DNA of 64,000 bases from Diadema antillarum. Lineage: Eukaryota. Numbering within the stretch: position 1 is the first letter of the stretch; each line of letters begins with the position of its first letter. A program made the position numbers and the translations under genes. The notes under the pieces are model-generated. The model was given only the letters and a program-made list of their open reading frames with translations, had not been told where the DNA came from and did no database searches. The stretch covers positions 1,054,001 through 1,118,000 of the forward strand of contig NW_027271016.1 in NCBI RefSeq assembly GCF_040938485.1, in the 5' to 3' direction. Shown here one piece after another: positions 52,731 through 64,000 of this stretch.

Positions 52731-54492
52731 GAGGTAAATATTTTGTGTTGACATTGAAAGGTTGACACTAATATTCAGAAGAGTTGTGTGATTTTACATG
52801 CAATGAAGTTAGTACAATGTAATTATGAATAGAATACCATGTGGTACTAGCTGCCATTCATAATTATATCAAGCTTATTTAATGGCTGTCCTGAAATGCA
52901 TGTATTATATTGTAAGCTTCTTTTGAATAATTTTACTAAGTTTTAATTGCGATCACTATAGGCAAGTTTTATTTTGTTATTTGAAATGTGTTTTAATCAA
53001 ATTGTAATGCAGCAATACAGTTCGTAAGCAGATTTATGACATTCAGTAAATTTACTTTATCTGTCAAATAATGGTGTTTGTTGGTTATTTAGTGTGTCTA
53101 ATTCTTTGCCATATTAGAAGTTGGAGGAAGAATTTGCAACTGTTACAAAAATGTATCTGAATATTTTTGTGAGCAAAGTTGTACTACATCATGTGAAAAT
53201 TGGCCAAAAAGATATTGCTCAAGCATTCTGCTTACCCAATCTGAATTTGTATTTTATATATGCCATATAAATATGTTGGAAGAGATGTTGATTTGTGAAA
53301 ATGTCATTTTCTTGTTCTCTCAGATTCAACTCACAATTTTCTCTAGTGACATCAGCTGCAATTGTGTAAAGCCAAATTGAATTTGAGTAACATGATTTTT
53401 GTCAACAGCTCAGAAAAATTAGGTACAAAGAGTGTAAAGCATAAATTCTGCGTTGATTTTGTTTTAAACTAATGAAACACATACAAGCCGAGGAATTTAA
53501 TTAAAAAGGGTAAATTCCTGGGCTTGTATGTGTTTCATTAGTGTAAAACACAAATTCTGTGTTGATTTTGTTTTAAACTAATGAAACACATACAAGCCCA
53601 TGATTTAGCTTTTAAATGAATACTAAGAATAAAGTTTTAATTGCAAAAATGTCATTGTGGTGAAGTGATCATACGTGCATATACTTAGATACAAGTATAT
53701 TTGACAATATTCATACTTCGATTCACTCTATCCAAATACTATTCTTTGATACTTTGTAAGGCTCCTGAAGTAGTTTCAATTCAATGACTGACATACTGTT
53801 ATGGGGCACCACTGTGAAGTTGCATTTAGGCTGAATTTTTCATAAAGCTCAGGTTACCATGAAACCACCCAGGAGGACACTTTTCTTTTAGTAATCTCAA
53901 TACTCAACCCACCTTCCTCAATGAGTGGGAAACATGAAAGAGTGTGTCTGCATATTTCTTCTATTGCTTCATTCCTTGGGTGCCCTTGTAACTCTGTAGC
54001 TGTCCATTTTCTCATTTGCATGTATTGACCAAGAATACTGGCATGCAGAGAATGTGCCAACTTCTGAAAATATGTGAAGGCAAGAATGTATGTTTCTTGT
54101 GTTTGAAAACAAAACAGCCGACACAAAATCATTACAGGCTCTCAGTCTGTGCAACAGTGAAAGAAACAATAACTCACTTCAATGAATGGTATTCAGGTAC
54201 ACCATGGACCTTTTTTTTTCATGCTGAATGAATTACCCTTTTCAATGTGATCATGATTTCATAAAAACTTATGTTGTTACAGAGATTGATGGATAGAAAT
54301 ATATCAATATCCAAGCATATAGTGAAGGTCCGACAATAAACCGAGTACATGTTTCTTTGACAGCATATGGTTTAAATGTAACAATACCATAAACAAAGCT
54401 CTGCTCATTAATCCCCAGCAGGTACAGATGAGTGGTCTGTAACAGGTACATTATGGGCACAGTGAAATTGTGTGTAGAACTAGAGTCTGTAA

Positions 54493-54875
54493 AGGGATGG
54501 TGTAGTTTTGATTGAGAGGGGGATTCATATTTCAACTTTTTGCGAGGTAATCAGAAACCACTTACGAAATATGAAAGAGTATACAATTTTGAGATGAATT
54601 CAAAGTTTATGTGATGAAAATAGGTTTTAAAATGGCTAAGATTAAAAAAAAACCAAAGTAAAACAAAGTGGGCCTTGTAAAAAGTGAGTCCCATCTTTTA
54701 TTAGGACCTCTTTGTTTTTCGATGTCTCAGCCATTCCAAAACCAATTTTCATTCACTAAACTTTGGATTCTTCTTAGAAATGTATGCTCTTTCATATTTC
54801 ATGAGAAGTTTTGAATTATTTCACCAAAAAGTTGGAAACCTGAAGCCCCATCTGAACCAAAACTATACCATCGCT
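54493..54875. mobile_element. Kolobok-type MITE, copy 2
   Basis: GTAA|AGGGATGGTGTAGTTTTG...CAAAACTATACCATCGCT|TTAA. It shares internal blocks (GAATTCAAAGTTTA, AAAACCAATTTTCAT, ATGCTCTTTCATATTTCAT) with 7368-7745. Confidence 0.75.
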
Positions 54876-55943
54876 TTAAGCATTTTGGATCTAATGATGT
54901 AATTAGTCATGAGGATAGTCATAAAACATATACACACCCATGTTATATTAGGATTGATACATTTATCAATATTTAAAGAGAAAGGCAAACTGAATTGTCT
55001 GAAAGGAAAGTTCTGAGTAGGATGTTATATGATGTATGTATACTCCTGCTTTGGTGTTAAAATGTCAAAATATCTGATATCAGTAGTGCAAATGTAACAC
55101 TAAATATACATTTAACAGAATGTGGTGGAATTCACACTTTCACTGGGAATACATGCATAATAGCTCATCTACAGATGCCAATAAATGACTGAATTATGGT
55201 GTGTAAACCAGATCACTGTCTTGCTGAGTGACTGTGTGGAGTACTTAATTTCTTGCGTTTGTGCAGAGAAGCTCAATATGTCGAGATACAGCTATGTCTG
55301 TTGTACTGTTTTCTTTATAAATATTTTTAGTTGAGCATGTTCCCTAGAAACTTTGCCATAGCTATTGACTCAATGCTGTTGAGTGTGATTTTGGCTCACT
55401 GCCTTAGTAAAAGTCATACCATTGGTATGTGCTTGCAGCTACCGTAGCAGCACCTTGACTGCTCTCAGCTGATTGGTTCGCTGATATGCTGCTGTGCGTT
55501 GATGGTCCTGTTGAGGTTCAGGTGAAAATACATGTAGATGCCGAAATGATCAAATTACAAGACCAGACATTCGTAGCAAATTCCACTTTCAGACCAAGAC
55601 TGCACAGATGTTCTGACGACACTCTGATCTGCCTTTGCTGTGCAATCAGACTGTGCTTTGATTTTGGCATTCTGATTGCAGGGGAGAATGCAAGAGCAGA
55701 TACTTTGAGTCATGGAATCCCCAAGATGATAATGAAGGAACCAGAGGGTGAAAGTCTGTCACTTTAAAAATATATGAGGACAGCACTTCGGTTCACATAT
55801 ACATAATCCTGTCATGCACAAGCACACAAACAACATAACATTAATCCCACTGGAGACTAGTCAGTGGAAAATGAAAGTAAGCAGATCCTTTCCAACCTGT
55901 TCATGAATCAGAAAGTTTTTACTTCTAAGGGAACATGGTACCA

Positions 55944-55999
<56 letters not shown>

Positions 56000-57217
56000 T
56001 TTTAGTTAATGAGGCTGGGAGTGCCTTGGAGCCCACCCCACCCCCCCCCCCCCCCAAAAAAAAAAGAATCATCTACCTAGAATTGTAGCCGGGCCTTGTT
56101 AGGGCTAACATGTAGGGATATTGTGAAGGGAAAAAAAAATATGATGTAATGAGGAAGGCTGGTATTGAGGAATTAGATTCATATTTGTCTGTGTAACTCA
56201 CCAATCTCTACTGAATCACAGGAAAACAAAGGCAGAGGGCAGAGGAAGTGGAAAACATTGATCCAAAGGCAACTCAGAGTTGAGTGGCAGTCACTGGCCA
56301 GCCAGTACATTGTATTGTCTTGCAACACTTATGCTTTGTGCCGGAAAATTATTGGCATATTCCATACACTGGTCACATAACACACAGGGCAAGAATTACA
56401 AATGCACCGAGACAAAACAAACTTTGAGACCAATAAAATTATTCATCTTGGGACCATGATATTATTCTGTCAGTGACCTGGTGGTCCACTGACTTTCTTC
56501 TCTTAATATCATAACAAAGCACATACACACCAATTATCATTTTGTATTCACAAATTCATAGAACCCAAAATGAAGTTGTAGAATCTCCAGCAATACAGCA
56601 TAGCCTACACAAGCCTGATGGTTTTATTCATTGCCTACGAAGATTTCAGAATCTTGGAGGGAATCGGTTAAAAACACTAAAATAATCACTGCTCAAAGTA
56701 TGACAGGATACAAAGGTAACAAATTCTAGGATAGCATAGGGACATACATCTTTTCCACTTGGAGACATACATGTATGTAATGCTTGACCCAACATAACTG
56801 TCAAAGTGATATATTCTGTGTCCCGTCATACATGTTGTATATATCATCTCATTATATGGCCTTGCAAAAGTCCTGAATGGGTTGGGAGAAGGTGGGGGGG
56901 GGGGGGGGAATATAGGATTAGCATTGGATGTCACTTTTATTGTCTCTCACTTCATTGCCGTAATGCCAATCATTTGTCACATGAACCTAGAAGCTTCTGA
57001 CCTTGATACATGTACTCTCGGGCAGTTCAAAATAAGACAGAACACCTCTGTTTACCATAGCTGGACTTACAGTGATTTTGCTGGCCTATCGAATGCTTAT
57101 GAATTAATGATGCAAGAAGCTGTGACCAGATCATATAGTAGAGTTTGGAGTCCTTAGTCTAGATGGTATGTTGACACACACCACTTTATGGTCACAAGAA
57201 ACATGCTTTTGGATATA

Positions 57218-57385
57218 CAGTGGACTCCCATTATAATGAAGTCCTCAGGACGGGCAGTTTTCTTTCGTTGTATCGAAATTTTGTTATAACCGAACAAATA
57301 AACAATTAAAAACTAAGATAGAATAAATTTGCAGCCTGAATTTTTATTTCGTTGTAACCGTTTTCATTATAACAGGAGTGCACTG
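57218..57385. mobile_element. pogo-like MITE, copy 1 (about 190 bp downstream of the FXN stop)
   Basis: TA|CAGTGGACTCCCATTATAA...TTATAACAGGAGTGCACTG|TA. It is similar along its length to 60664-60849. Confidence 0.8.
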
Positions 57386-57575
57386 TATGTACTACTATGC
57401 ATGTGAGTGTATTCATAATGAGAGAATTGTTAAAGGCAATTTCAGAATCCACAAGATGTCACCATTTTACAATGAATATATTGCAAACATGCATATCAAG
57501 TTATTCACAGACTCTGAAGAGTGTGAACTGGTATTATAGCAATGGGATTGGAGTTCATGTGCAAGATCTTTGTTG

Positions 57576-62927
<5,352 letters not shown>

Positions 62928-63742
62928 TTTCCCCAATCTTAACAATTTGCTTTATGTAAAATACTCGATCAGTGCAGTGATGCTTGGTAATTGGTTTTTG
63001 TTGCTCCAGATTGTGCATGCACATACAACTTTGTACATGCATAATATGTTCAGCATCAGCAGACGATAAAGCAAACAACGCCATCTACCGGATAAATCAC
63101 TTGTACTGCCTCCCTCGCCCCCGGGGATGAAAGGGGTTTCAGAAGGTTCGTTACATGCATGCATGGCAGCCAGCTAGCTAGTGCAGTGCTACTGCGCGGC
63201 AGTGCTTACTGCGCGGCAGTGCTATTACCGATGCTACGGCTCATGCGGACGAGGTTGTTTTAGGCTAATGTACAAACAGTGTACAAGCAAGTGTGATGAC
63301 ACATCCTATTTTTGGCAATAACATACGAACGAGCTGAAAACCCTATGCAGCTAGCCTAGCTAGCTAGCTGTATACGAAATGCTATTGCACAGTGTGTGTG
63401 AAGCATTGATCCGAGTCGAGTGCCGAAGAAGTGATAGCTATAGTGTAGGTATATTCCCCTTATCATCATGAATGAATGGTATTAAGCTCCTTTTGCATAG
63501 ATGATATTCATCACATCGTCGCTGTTTCTATCATCTAAGATGGTCTAGATGCTATTAATCTGTAATTATATAGATTCTACTTTACCTGAATCGTTCGTTA
63601 CAACCCCAAAAAGGCAAGACAGGACTGCAGCAGGCTGTGTTTGAAGTGATTCTGATTGTTGTTTCATGGTGCAGAAGGTAGGTGCCCATGCGCCCACAAG
63701 GTAAAAAATAAATAATTGATAAACATAACTCACAGAATGTAG

Positions 63743-63888
63743 ATCTAACTGCAATTTGCAATTATAAGTGTAATTCTTTGTAGGTTGTTTATTTTGCACT
63801 TTGTCAGCTTTTTCATCTAACTGCAATTTGCAATTATAAGTGTAATTCTTTGTAGGTTGTTTATTTTGCACTTTGTCAGTTTTTTCAT
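63743..63888. repeat. Tandem duplication, 2 x 72 bp
   Basis: TCTAACTGCAATTTGCAATTATAAGTGTAATTCTTTGTAGGTTGTTTATTTTGCACTTTGTCAG begins at 63744 and again at 63816. Confidence 0.9.
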
Positions 63889-64000
63889 GATAATTGCAAA
63901 CAAACTAAAAAACAAACAAACACACACTTGAACTTGAAGTTGATGTTCAGAAGAAAGTGCAAGTGACAAAGTGTGGCCTGTGGGACTGTCTAACTAATCA

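Noticed and set aside
55486-55767. 93-aa plus-strand ORF between ACER and FXN
   Set aside because: It has no recognisable domain and no partner exons, and its length is within chance expectation.
63566-63871. 101-aa ORF with an internal repeat
   Set aside because: It is fully explained by the 2 x 72-bp tandem duplication.

Overview
This is an intron-rich, AT-rich animal genomic window, not a prokaryotic one. The repeat families and gene models look like a marine invertebrate deuterostome, probably an echinoderm (inference). Five conserved spliced protein-coding genes can be built by hand with GT-AG splice sites and in-frame joins: ENSA/ARPP19 (-, 3 coding exons), ASB7 (-, 3), TMEM186 (-, 1), an alkaline ceramidase of the ACER1/2 type (+, 4) and frataxin FXN (-, 5). 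Introns and intergenic DNA are dense with non-autonomous DNA transposons: Tc1/pogo-type (TA TSD), Kolobok-type and piggyBac-type (TTAA), PIF/Harbinger-type, and hAT (8-bp TSD). There is also a tRNA-derived SINE-like head, a Penelope-like retroelement fragment and a 128-nt assembly gap. I found no new multi-gene system. The most interesting signals are: (1) a Kolobok-type element nested in a hAT element about 200 bp from the putative TMEM186 first exon; (2) a 4.2-kb AT-flanked TIR element carrying at least 12 copies of a 12-mer throughout its body; (3) a 749-bp fold-back hairpin element in FXN intron 1; (4) a relic hammerhead-ribozyme core at the end of the Penelope fragment; (5) an endosulfine lacking proline at both usual Cdk-site positions. 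All coordinates were counted by hand and no database searches were run.
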